NCBI GenBank assembly: GCA_021850625.1 | Contig: JAJZLJ010000030.1 | Span: 22,356 to 86,355, forward strand | Length of the DNA stretch: 64,000 bases | Direction of reading: 5' to 3' | DNA from: Candidatus Micrarchaeota archaeon | GTDB taxonomy: Archaea; Micrarchaeota; Micrarchaeia; Micrarchaeales; CABMGC01 | Shown: positions 18,068 to 26,581 of the stretch, in pieces | Layout of the letters: each line of letters opens with the position of its first letter | How positions within the stretch are numbered: the first letter of the stretch is position 1 | Notes under the pieces: model-generated | What the model saw: the letters and a program-made list of their open reading frames with translations, nothing else | Databases searched by the model: none | What the model was told of the DNA's origin: nothing | Position numbers and translations under genes: made by a program

Positions 18068-19171
18068 TTATTTTTCATATATTAAGGTTATTATGTCTTG
18101 GTCTTTAAGTTCATGATCTTTACCTACTCTTTGATTCTCAAACTTAACACTTTTTCCGGTAACATAAGCATACTTTAGGCTAGATGCATGTTTTGAGTGC
18201 AAAACCTTTGCGGCTTGTAGGACAGTATTGCCATTTTTAAGTATTAATGGTTTTTCCATGTCCGGCTTTCCTAATTTAGGCTTAAGATATATTCTCATTA
18301 GATCAAGTTTGTAAAATATTGCATCTTTAGCTTCCTCGAGATTGGTAGCTTTTGCCGCACTTATTCCGACAACTTTCATCTTTGAGGTTTTTTCCAGCTC
18401 TTTTCTTATTCCTTCTGCGTACGCCTTATCAACAGTATCTATTTTATTAAGTAAAACTATGGCGTCTATATAAGTTATAGTTTCATCGAGTACGTCAGAA
18501 ACATCTTCGGCTGTTGCGTTTTGATAAAAGATTACATTTGCATTGAATATTTTATATTCATTTAATATCTCAGCTACACTCCTTTTGTCAGGCACATTAT
18601 GTTTGTTTGGTTCAAGATTTATGCCTCCTGCTTTAAGTTTTTCTATTCTTATGTTGGGTCGTTTTATGTTTATTCTTACATCTAAGCTATATAACTCATC
18701 AAGAAGTTTGTAAAGTTGTATTGGTGCAGTTATATCTATCATAAAAACGATTAAGTCTGCAACCCTTATGACACTTACTATTTTTCTACCACCTCCCTTT
18801 CCTACACTTGCTCCTTCTATAAGTCCCGGAACGTCAAGAATCTGTATATTTGCGCCATGATGTTCCAGCATTCCGGGAACTACAGTTACAGTTGTGAATG
18901 CATAGTCTGCTACCTTGGATTCTGCATCTGTAACCATACCTAAAAATGAGGATTTTCCAGCATTAGGAAAACCGACTAACGCTACTGTTGCGTCGCCATT
19001 TTTCTTGACTGCAAAACCTATTCCACCTCCTCCTTTTTTTTCACTTAGCTCTTTTCTTATCTTTGCTATTTTTTTCCTAAGTATCCCAAGATGCTTGTTT
19101 GTAGCCTTATTGTATCTTGTTTTTGAGTACTCTTCTCTAAGCTCCTCTAATTTTTCCTCTAATCCAGGCAT
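18068..19171 (-). CDS. DRG/OBG-family GTPase with TGS domain
   Basis: NKATNKHLG, GFPNAGKS, YAFTT, DVPG, NKID, QRVGKDHELKDQD. Confidence 0.95.
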   Translation of the reverse strand: MPGLEEKLEELREEYSKTRYNKATNKHLGILRKKIAKIRKELSEKKGGGGIGFAVKKNGDATVALVGFPNAGKSSFLGMVTDAESKVADYAFTTVTVVPGMLEHHGANIQILDVPGLIEGASVGKGGGRKIVSVIRVADLIVFMIDITAPIQLYKLLDELYSLDVRINIKRPNIRIEKLKAGGINLEPNKHNVPDKRSVAEILNEYKIFNANVIFYQNATAEDVSDVLDETITYIDAIVLLNKIDTVDKAYAEGIRKELEKTSKMKVVGISAAKATNLEEAKDAIFYKLDLMRIYLKPKLGKPDMEKPLILKNGNTVLQAAKVLHSKHASSLKYAYVTGKSVKFENQRVGKDHELKDQDIITLIYEK

Positions 19172-19392
19172 GTGTTATTATTGTATTGGAAAATTTATAA
19201 AGATGATATATACTAAAATTTAACCGATATGTAATTATTTTTTATAAAAATAGTATGATAAGCGACATTTTCCTAAAAATATTTTACTTGTGTAAAATAT
19301 ATTTATTTAAATACCATAAGTAGTTTAAAAATAAATTCATGCATCAAATTGATTTAAATAAATAACATTGTATTTTGTATGTAGTGAAATAA

Positions 19393-19473
19393 ATGAAAAA
19401 AATGACAAAGAAGTCAAAGAAGTCACTAAAAACTTCAAAGACTTCAAAGAAAAGCAAAGGTAAAAGAAGATAA
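19393..19473 (+). CDS. putative 26-aa Lys/Ser-rich micro-protein
   Basis: MKKMTKKSKKSLKTSKTSKKSKGKRR*; upstream AGTG RBS-like and TTTAAATA, downstream T-tract. Confidence 0.5.
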   Translation: MKKMTKKSKKSLKTSKTSKKSKGKRR

Positions 19474-19493
19474 GTTTTAATTTTTAATTTTTT

Positions 19494-20801
19494 TTATTTT
19501 TGACCGCTCATGAATTTTGAAAGATTCTTTTTAACATTTCTGTCATTCTTGAACATCTCATAAAATTTCTTCATTTTATTGAACTCGCTTATTAGCATCC
19601 TTACGTCTTTTTCTTGTGTGCCGCTGCCAGCTGCTATTCGTGTTATTCTGCTATGGTCTCTAAGCAATTTATCATTCTTACGCTCCTCTTTTGTCATTGA
19701 ACCTATTATTACCTTGTATTTTGAAAGTTTTTCTTCGCCTTGATCAACCACGTTCTTTGGAACGTCTGCCATGCCCATCATTCCGAGCATATTCTTTACC
19801 GGACCCATTTTTGACATTGTTTTTAATTGAGAATAAAATGTATCGAAGTTAAGTTCTTCTGAATTAATTTCATCAGGTTTAATATTTGCTTCTTTTATTG
19901 CTTCGTTGACATTTTTTATAAGCGACTCTATATCAGGTATACCAAGAAGTCTTCCAACAAACTTCTCTGAATTGTAAAGTTCAAGAGAATTCATCTTTTC
20001 TCCAGTACCTATAAATGTTATATTTACATTTGCCGCGCTTACCGCGCTTAATGCTCCTCCACCTCTACCAGAACCATCCATTTTTGTTACTATGACCCCC
20101 GTAATCTTTACTGCATCATTAAACTCTTTTGCCTGTTTGCCTGCAACTTGTCCAGTATCTGCATTTATCACTAGAAATTTTTCATCTGGTTTTAGCTCTT
20201 CGGAAATTGCTTTTATCTCGTTTACAAGAATCTCATCGAATGCGCTTCTGCCGCTTGAATCACAGATTATTACCTTTCTGTCTTTAAGAGCCTTAACACC
20301 TTCTTTCAATATTTTTCTTGCATCTTTTTCTCCTTTTATACCAAAAAAAGAAGCATTTACTTGTTTTGCAAGAGTTTCTAACTGTTCGTATGCTGCAGGT
20401 CTTGCAACATCACAACATATAAGTCCAACACTTAATCCACGATCTTGATAAAATTTGGCAAGCTTCCCAGTTGTTGTAGTTTTTCCTGAACCATACATTC
20501 CTAACATTAGTATGCGTTTTGGTTTTATCTGTGGCTCGTAGCTCTTTCCCATGAGCACTACGAGCTCTTCATATACCATATTAGTTATGTAATCCTTAGG
20601 GCTTACTCCTTCTGGAATCTTTTCGCGAACTGCTGCGTCTTCTATTTTTTTAGTAAATGTAGATACTAAGCTTAATTCTACGTCAGAGCTTATCAGCGCA
20701 CGTTGGAGCTCTTTATTGAATTCACGTATTGTTTTTAGATCTATTATTGTAGAGCCCTGTAGTTTTGCTATTGCCTTTCTTAATCCTTCTCCTAAATCCA
20801 T
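19494..20801 (-). CDS. srp54: signal recognition particle protein SRP54
   Basis: GMYGSGKTTT, DSSGR, TKMDGSGRGGGALS, Met-rich M domain, SRITRIAAGSG. Confidence 0.97.
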   Translation of the reverse strand: MDLGEGLRKAIAKLQGSTIIDLKTIREFNKELQRALISSDVELSLVSTFTKKIEDAAVREKIPEGVSPKDYITNMVYEELVVLMGKSYEPQIKPKRILMLGMYGSGKTTTTGKLAKFYQDRGLSVGLICCDVARPAAYEQLETLAKQVNASFFGIKGEKDARKILKEGVKALKDRKVIICDSSGRSAFDEILVNEIKAISEELKPDEKFLVINADTGQVAGKQAKEFNDAVKITGVIVTKMDGSGRGGGALSAVSAANVNITFIGTGEKMNSLELYNSEKFVGRLLGIPDIESLIKNVNEAIKEANIKPDEINSEELNFDTFYSQLKTMSKMGPVKNMLGMMGMADVPKNVVDQGEEKLSKYKVIIGSMTKEERKNDKLLRDHSRITRIAAGSGTQEKDVRMLISEFNKMKKFYEMFKNDRNVKKNLSKFMSGQK

Positions 20802-20882
20802 GATTTCACTAGATTGTAAGTTTATATTTACTTTATATGATAGTTTTATATATAATAACTCATATTAAAATATACCTGTTTA

Positions 20883-20994
20883 GGGCTCGTAGCTCAGCAT
20901 GGTTAGAGCGCTGGTCTTATAGCCAAACTTTTAAATAAAGTTTGATCAAAAGTAAGATAGCCAGATGTCGTGAGTTCAAATCTCACCGGGCCCA
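20883..20994 (+). tRNA. tRNA-Ile(UAU) with 37-nt canonical 37/38 intron (20922..20958)
   Basis: GGGCTCG/CGGGCCC-A acceptor, CTGGT/GCCAG stem, loop CT-TAT-A|intron|A; exon CTTA pairs with intron TAAG, forming a BHB-type motif. Confidence 0.9.
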
Positions 20995-21049
20995 TTTGCA
21001 AAAATCGATGATAAAATAAGAGTCCAAATCCAGATTTTAGATCCGATTC

Positions 21050-21229
21050 TAAATCACGATTTTTAACTATTAAGTAATATAAAATTTTTCTTGTCATTGT
21101 TTCAGTTTTACCTGAACATGCCCCAGCTACAATTTGTAAATATCTAGAATCAGAAACAACCGCTTGCTTTTGCTGTTTTGAAAGTGGATAAGGTTTGTTA
21201 AGTACCTCTTCTAGTAGCTTGTTCATCAA
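21050..21229 (-). pseudogene. truncated UvrD/Rep helicase N-terminal fragment
   Basis: LSKQQKQAV Q-motif and IVAGACSGKT Walker A, then similarity stops after about 60 aa. Confidence 0.75.
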
Positions 21230-21267
21230 ATCACTCGACTTGTTTATGTTACTAAACGTGGAATATT

Positions 21268-22200
21268 TTAGTAAAACTTTATATCTTGCAAGATTTGCTG
21301 TTTATTCTTGTCCGATAGTTCCTTTATTCTCTTCTCAGCTAAGGCTACATACTCTTTACTTACATCATACCCTACATAATGCCTGTTTAGCAGCATGGAT
21401 GCAAGTGCAGTAGTACCGCTTCCCATAAATGGATCAAGTACGTTTTCTCCTTCAAAAGTATACAGTTTTATGCATCTTAGCGGTAGCTCTAGCGGAAATG
21501 GCGCAGGATGCCCAACTCTTGTAGCTGATTCGGCATTAAATGACCAGATACTTTTAGTGAGTTCTATGAATTCCTCCTTTGAAATGGTAGATTTCATGTT
21601 TTCTTTAATGCCTCTTGTGAAGCTTTGTTTTGAAAATATTAGTATGTATTCGTGGGCATCTCTTAGAACTGGATTCTTAGCTGATAAATATGTGCCCCAG
21701 GCGATAGAAGAGCTTACGCTTGCTCCTTTATCCCAGATTACCTCGCCTCGCATCAGGAAGCCTAGCTTGTGCATGTCTTCGATTATGAAGGCGTGTAGTG
21801 GTATGTATGGCTTTCTTCCTAAGTTTGCTACGTTTATGCAGACCCTTCCTCCCGGCACAAGCACTCTTTCCGCCTCTTTCCATACACTTGACAAAAATCC
21901 TCTATATTCGTCAAGTGATAATTCTTTGTCATATAACTTACCTACATTATATGGTGGCGATGTTACCATAAGATGAACACTGTTGTCTGGCAGTTCTGCC
22001 ATTTTTTCAGATGATTTACAAAATATCTTATCTATTGAATTAATAGGTAGTGGATTCTCAGTAAAGTCTACGTTTTCCTTCTGCTTAGGTAGATTTTCGT
22101 ATAATCTACCGCTATAAAATTTAGATGAGTCGTGATTAGCTCGGCTCGGACTACCGAAAGAACTCGTTGAGCTTCCATTCTTTTTAGGTGCTAAAGACAT
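21268..22200 (-). CDS. DNA N4-cytosine/N6-adenine methyltransferase, beta class
   Basis: TSPPY catalytic motif N-terminal, HPAPFP, DPFMGSGTT SAM-binding motif C-terminal. Confidence 0.93.
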   Translation of the reverse strand: MSLAPKKNGSSTSSFGSPSRANHDSSKFYSGRLYENLPKQKENVDFTENPLPINSIDKIFCKSSEKMAELPDNSVHLMVTSPPYNVGKLYDKELSLDEYRGFLSSVWKEAERVLVPGGRVCINVANLGRKPYIPLHAFIIEDMHKLGFLMRGEVIWDKGASVSSSIAWGTYLSAKNPVLRDAHEYILIFSKQSFTRGIKENMKSTISKEEFIELTKSIWSFNAESATRVGHPAPFPLELPLRCIKLYTFEGENVLDPFMGSGTTALASMLLNRHYVGYDVSKEYVALAEKRIKELSDKNKQQILQDIKFY

Positions 22201-22833
22201 TCATTCTTCACCCCATAGATCAACCCATCTTTTATATGGATTATACTGTATTATAGTTTTAGTCCACTTAATTATTATCTCTTTTGTTTTGCTATCGGTT
22301 ATTATTGCTTTGAGTGCTTCTCGAGTTATTTCAACTCCTCGTGGATTAGTTCCTGCCTTAGGCAATTTTATGTACCTTTCTCTGCCTAGTTTCTCGAAAA
22401 CTTTCTTTTGGACTTCTAATGGTATGTAGTATATACCTCCTTCGCCTTCCCAATTTACATGAACAAATATCATATCACAACTTGGGTTATAGCTTTCCGA
22501 GAATTGCTTTGCTTTTATTGCGTCTACTGTCCAGATAAGTTTTACTCCGCTAGGTTCTTTTCCCGTTATAGTTTTTATTGAGATTGGTTTTCCGAATAGT
22601 TTCACATCTACTTCTGCTTCAGTTATAGGTAATTCAGTTTCAACGTTCTTTTCGCCGAATTTGTATATAAAGAAAGCACAGATTATGCTTTCTCTGACAG
22701 AGCCAACTTGCATACCAATCTTACCAGCTCTTGAACTTTCTAATTCCGCAAGATGAAACATGTGTGAAAGTCTTTTCTGCATCTTCTTTTTTACATTTTC
22801 ATCGTCAAATGCTTTATACAGTTCATTTATCAT
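22201..22833 (-). CDS. type II restriction endonuclease, ThaI-like family
   Basis: AELESSRAGKIGMQVGSVRE, VDV...ISIKT (PD-D/ExK-like), VKLIWTVD, GTNPRGVE recalled as ThaI-family motifs; abuts the MTase. Confidence 0.8.
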   Translation of the reverse strand: MINELYKAFDDENVKKKMQKRLSHMFHLAELESSRAGKIGMQVGSVRESIICAFFIYKFGEKNVETELPITEAEVDVKLFGKPISIKTITGKEPSGVKLIWTVDAIKAKQFSESYNPSCDMIFVHVNWEGEGGIYYIPLEVQKKVFEKLGRERYIKLPKAGTNPRGVEITREALKAIITDSKTKEIIIKWTKTIIQYNPYKRWVDLWGEE

Positions 22834-22916
22834 TTTGTTTCCCCATTATCATCAAATGATACAAGTATCCTGTTCACACAAGATTCTTTATTATATATAA
22901 TAATTTAAAGTATTAT

Positions 22917-24155
22917 TTACGTTTTTGGTTTCAAAAGAACCATGCTGTATTTATCGCAGTCTATGTTCTGATTCGACGCTTTTCTAACATCATCGATAGT
23001 TATTTTTCCTATACGTTTTGGAATTATATTGAAAAGATTTGGAACGTTTTTTATTACTGCTGCAGTGGAAATAGCAACTGCGGTGTCTAAAGTGCGCTCC
23101 TTTAATGTTTCGTATCTTATTTTTATTGCTGTTCTCATCCTATTCAGTTCGGTATCTGTAAATTCGCCGTCCTTCATTTTTTGAAACTCGCCCAGAATAA
23201 TCTTTTTTACTATTTCAACATTTTTTGGTTCGGTACCTGCCTCTGCAGAGATCATTCCTATTGTTTCTCCAGCGGTATATACGGATTGTGGATCATATGA
23301 GAGTCCGCGTTTTTCCCTAACCTCTTCATATATTCTATATTGCAAAAGCTCATTCAAAAGAACCATTGATATATAATCATCTATTTTTTTATTATCAAAA
23401 CTAGGACATGAAAAACCTATCGCAATTTTTGCCTGTTTTATGTCTCTTTTTTCTAAAGCCATAACCCTATGTTTATTACTTCCGATAAATTTATTCCTTT
23501 TTGTAGAGACGAAAGCCATTTTGTAACGACCAAAATACTTCTCAGCTAATTTTTGGGCTTTTTCTGTGCTTATGCCTCCAGAAATTGTCAATACCATATT
23601 TTGTGGTGTGTAATATTTTTTATATATATCGAAAAGATGTTCTCTTGTTATTTTTTTAATAGTTAATTCGTTGTTTCCACCGACAGGCATCTCTGCAGGA
23701 TGTCCTTTGAAAAGCAGATTTGGCATGTAATCATAAAAAAGATATTCGGGATTGTCTTCTCTTATAAGATTTTCGTTTATTATTGGTCCGCGTTCAAGCT
23801 CAAATTCCTTCGGAGGTAATATGGAATTTATCATCATGTCAGAAAGTATTTGCATTGTTTTTTCTATATATAATTTATGCACCTGAAACATATAATTTGT
23901 TGCTTCTCTGTCGGTAGTTGCGTTTGCATATGCTCCAATTGCTTTTGTTTGATCATTTATCTCCTTCCAAGTAAATTTGCTAGTTCCTTTAAACATCATG
24001 TGTTCGAGAAAGTGTGCAGATCCGTTTATTTCAGGATTTTCATCTACTGAACCATATTTTATTCCTATAGAAATTCCGACAGTTTCGAGTTCTTTAAATG
24101 AGTAAATATTAACGGGCATTTTATTTTCTAGCACAAAAGACTTTAATTCCTGCAT
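22917..24155 (-). CDS. M16 (pitrilysin) family zinc peptidase
   Basis: GSAHFLEHMMFKGT, NATT, EVREKRGLSY. Confidence 0.93.
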   Translation of the reverse strand: MQELKSFVLENKMPVNIYSFKELETVGISIGIKYGSVDENPEINGSAHFLEHMMFKGTSKFTWKEINDQTKAIGAYANATTDREATNYMFQVHKLYIEKTMQILSDMMINSILPPKEFELERGPIINENLIREDNPEYLFYDYMPNLLFKGHPAEMPVGGNNELTIKKITREHLFDIYKKYYTPQNMVLTISGGISTEKAQKLAEKYFGRYKMAFVSTKRNKFIGSNKHRVMALEKRDIKQAKIAIGFSCPSFDNKKIDDYISMVLLNELLQYRIYEEVREKRGLSYDPQSVYTAGETIGMISAEAGTEPKNVEIVKKIILGEFQKMKDGEFTDTELNRMRTAIKIRYETLKERTLDTAVAISTAAVIKNVPNLFNIIPKRIGKITIDDVRKASNQNIDCDKYSMVLLKPKT

Positions 24156-24222
24156 AAAACCACAACATAGTAAATTCATATTTACAATTAAATACTTTCA
24201 GATATAAATCAAGACTATAAGG

Positions 24223-25182
24223 TTATAGCTTAATAGAATTAAAAACGAGCTCATCGAATCTATTTACTGCATCTCTTCTGCTCATTTTAACTATGTGTTC
24301 GCTCTTTTTGTTTATTATGTTCAACGGAGGTATTTTATATGCAGACTCTGAATCAAAAATAAATCGTTCGTGCTGTTCTATGGCTTCTTCAGGTTTCATT
24401 AGCTTTATTTCCAAGTCTATATTCATATTATTTAATTCATTTTTCAAATCCCTGTATTCTTTGTTAAATGAGGAATCAAACATCTCATTGTAGGTTATTA
24501 TTGTTATCTTGCTTATTTTTTGATTTCCGAGTATAAGACGGTGGAGATTTTCTAGGGCTTGTGAATTGAAGTGTTTATCTACAATGCCGACCTCGCCAGT
24601 AAGCATCGAAAATAATTTTTCTCTTAGTAAGAGTATATTTGAATATGGTTTTGACGGAGAGATTTTTATGCCTTTAAATGATCTATTCATTCTAGATAGA
24701 TATATTTTATAACCTAGAAAAGAATCTAATATTATTGTTATTGCTATAGCAAGATAGGTTATATCTAAAGAAGAAGAGTATAAACTAAAATTAAATGAAG
24801 AGTAGATTACTAGCAGAATTATACTGTATAATAATATTAGCAATAGATGTAGAGGTATATAAAAACGAAGATATTTCAGATATCCATTTTGTCCATGAAG
24901 CCATAAAACAAAAGCCATAGAAAAAAGAACAAAAGCTATAGCAGTTATTAGATATGATTCAAGAATTGCTTGATAGAAAAGGCTTGTTTCTGAAGCCGTA
25001 TAGCTTAGTACTGGAGTTACAAGAGTATTTGCTGAATTGCTGGTTATTAAGGCGCCTGCACCTATGCCGTATTGAATTGAAAATAATTGTATGTTAAATA
25101 TGCCACTTCCTAAAAGAACTAAAGCCACTGTTATAAGAAGTATGCTAATAGTTTTATTTTCATAAACACGCTCGCTCTCCAT
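24223..25182 (-). CDS. four-TM membrane protein with C-terminal PLD-like (MIT_C-type) domain
   Basis: Four hydrophobic helices, then IVDKHF...HERFIFD, similar to the D-P-Y/HDR signature. Confidence 0.6.
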   Translation of the reverse strand: MESERVYENKTISILLITVALVLLGSGIFNIQLFSIQYGIGAGALITSNSANTLVTPVLSYTASETSLFYQAILESYLITAIAFVLFSMAFVLWLHGQNGYLKYLRFYIPLHLLLILLYSIILLVIYSSFNFSLYSSSLDITYLAIAITIILDSFLGYKIYLSRMNRSFKGIKISPSKPYSNILLLREKLFSMLTGEVGIVDKHFNSQALENLHRLILGNQKISKITIITYNEMFDSSFNKEYRDLKNELNNMNIDLEIKLMKPEEAIEQHERFIFDSESAYKIPPLNIINKKSEHIVKMSRRDAVNRFDELVFNSIKL

Positions 25183-25241
25183 ATAGTGTTTTTATCATCG
25201 AGCATATAAAAAGCTTCTTGAAAACCTTGGTTTTGATATGT

Positions 25242-25838
25242 TTATAGCTTGCCTATGTCGTTTACAATGTCTATATCTAAAGTTCTTTTTCCAAGTCTCC
25301 AGTTCGCAGGAATTGCACAGATATGTCCTTCTTCTGAAGGAGTATCATGTATATACTTTAATGCCATAAACGAAGTAAATATATGATCGACATCCTTCCC
25401 CAGAGCATCATTATGTATTGAAACATATTGTACCTTTCCGTCTGGATCTATTATTATACTCCCTCGTCTTGCTGCACCGCTTTCGTTGTTTATAAAACCA
25501 TAATCCGTAGAGATTTTTTTATTGAAATCCTCTATTAAAGGTATTTTACTCTCTTTAACTCTTGGAGAGGTTTCGCTCCATGCCTTGTGTGAATATACAC
25601 TATCAGTACTTATGGCAACTATCTCTGCACCGTTTTTCTTAAATTCGTCGTAGTTCGACATAAATGCTTCTATATCAGTAGCACATACGAATGTAAAGTC
25701 TCCGGGATAAAAAGTTAATATTACCCATTTACCTTTTTGTTCTGAAAGCTTAAACTCAGAAATTTTCCTAGTTTCTGGAAACCATGCTTTTGCTTTTATT
25801 TCTGGTGCACTATCACCTATGCTCCATGATGCATACAT
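25242..25838 (-). CDS. peroxiredoxin (AhpC/Prx1 type)
   Basis: FYPGDFTFVC, STDSVYSHKAW, RGSIIIDPDG, PANW. Confidence 0.92.
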   Translation of the reverse strand: MYASWSIGDSAPEIKAKAWFPETRKISEFKLSEQKGKWVILTFYPGDFTFVCATDIEAFMSNYDEFKKNGAEIVAISTDSVYSHKAWSETSPRVKESKIPLIEDFNKKISTDYGFINNESGAARRGSIIIDPDGKVQYVSIHNDALGKDVDHIFTSFMALKYIHDTPSEEGHICAIPANWRLGKRTLDIDIVNDIGKL

Positions 25839-25951
25839 AAAATTCACAATTACTTTTTGTAATGAAAAGATAATAAGGTTTATCCTATATTTCCCTTACT
25901 TAATGCCACGTATAGAATATTGACAACATAGGGTTTATTTCTCCTTCCAAA

Positions 25952-26455
25952 TTAAATTGATGATTCTTTGATAAGTTCGTATGCTTTTTCAGCACCCTCC
26001 CAGCCAGAGACCTCTGCCCATTTGCCAGGTTCTAAACTTTTGTAATATTTGAAGAAGTGAGATACCATGTTCTTTGTATTTTCATTTAATTGAGATATGT
26101 CATTTATGCTTTTGAAGTCTGGATCTACCTTTTCAACAGGAACCGCAATTATTTTAGTATCTATACCTTCTTCATCTTTCATTAATAGTAGACCTATAGG
26201 TCTTGCAACAACAAAACTGCCCGGAATAAAAGAGGAATTGCTTATGACAAGTATATCTAGAGGATCTCCATCCTCTCCTTTTGTTCCAGCTATAAATCCG
26301 TAATTATACGGATAAAACATAGCAGTATGAAGTATTCTGTCAACCTTCAATACTCCAGAGACTTCATCAAGCTCATATTTTATGTTGCTTCCTTTTGATA
26401 TCTCTATAAATGCATTTACCTTTTTCGGACTATCCTTTCCAATTGTGAGTTTCAT
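25952..26455 (-). CDS. ppa: inorganic pyrophosphatase
   Basis: KYE, YPYNYGF, DGDPLD, HFFKYYKSLEPGKW. Confidence 0.97.
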   Translation of the reverse strand: MKLTIGKDSPKKVNAFIEISKGSNIKYELDEVSGVLKVDRILHTAMFYPYNYGFIAGTKGEDGDPLDILVISNSSFIPGSFVVARPIGLLLMKDEEGIDTKIIAVPVEKVDPDFKSINDISQLNENTKNMVSHFFKYYKSLEPGKWAEVSGWEGAEKAYELIKESSI

Positions 26456-26581
26456 TTTATCAACTTTGTGTAAATAATATTTGGAATGAAAAGTTTAATA
26501 ATCATATTTGTAAGAATGTTTTGTATTTTCTTACTTTTAAACTTTTGATAAGTCTAAATATCTATGTATGAATAAAAAAGT

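Noticed and set aside
20883..20994. AUA reassigned to Met through the UAU tRNA
   Set aside because: The tRNA body is Ile-type, and ATA encodes conserved Ile in motifs such as MetRS HIGH and CysRS HIGN.
20903..21049. C-terminal half of the 108-aa ORF as real protein
   Set aside because: It is read-through into spacer and the antisense strand of tRNA-Ile; helicase similarity has ended by then.
22834..22916. att-site duplication of the tRNA-Ile 3' end bounding the R-M islet
   Set aside because: No copy of the tRNA 3' sequence and no integrase were seen.
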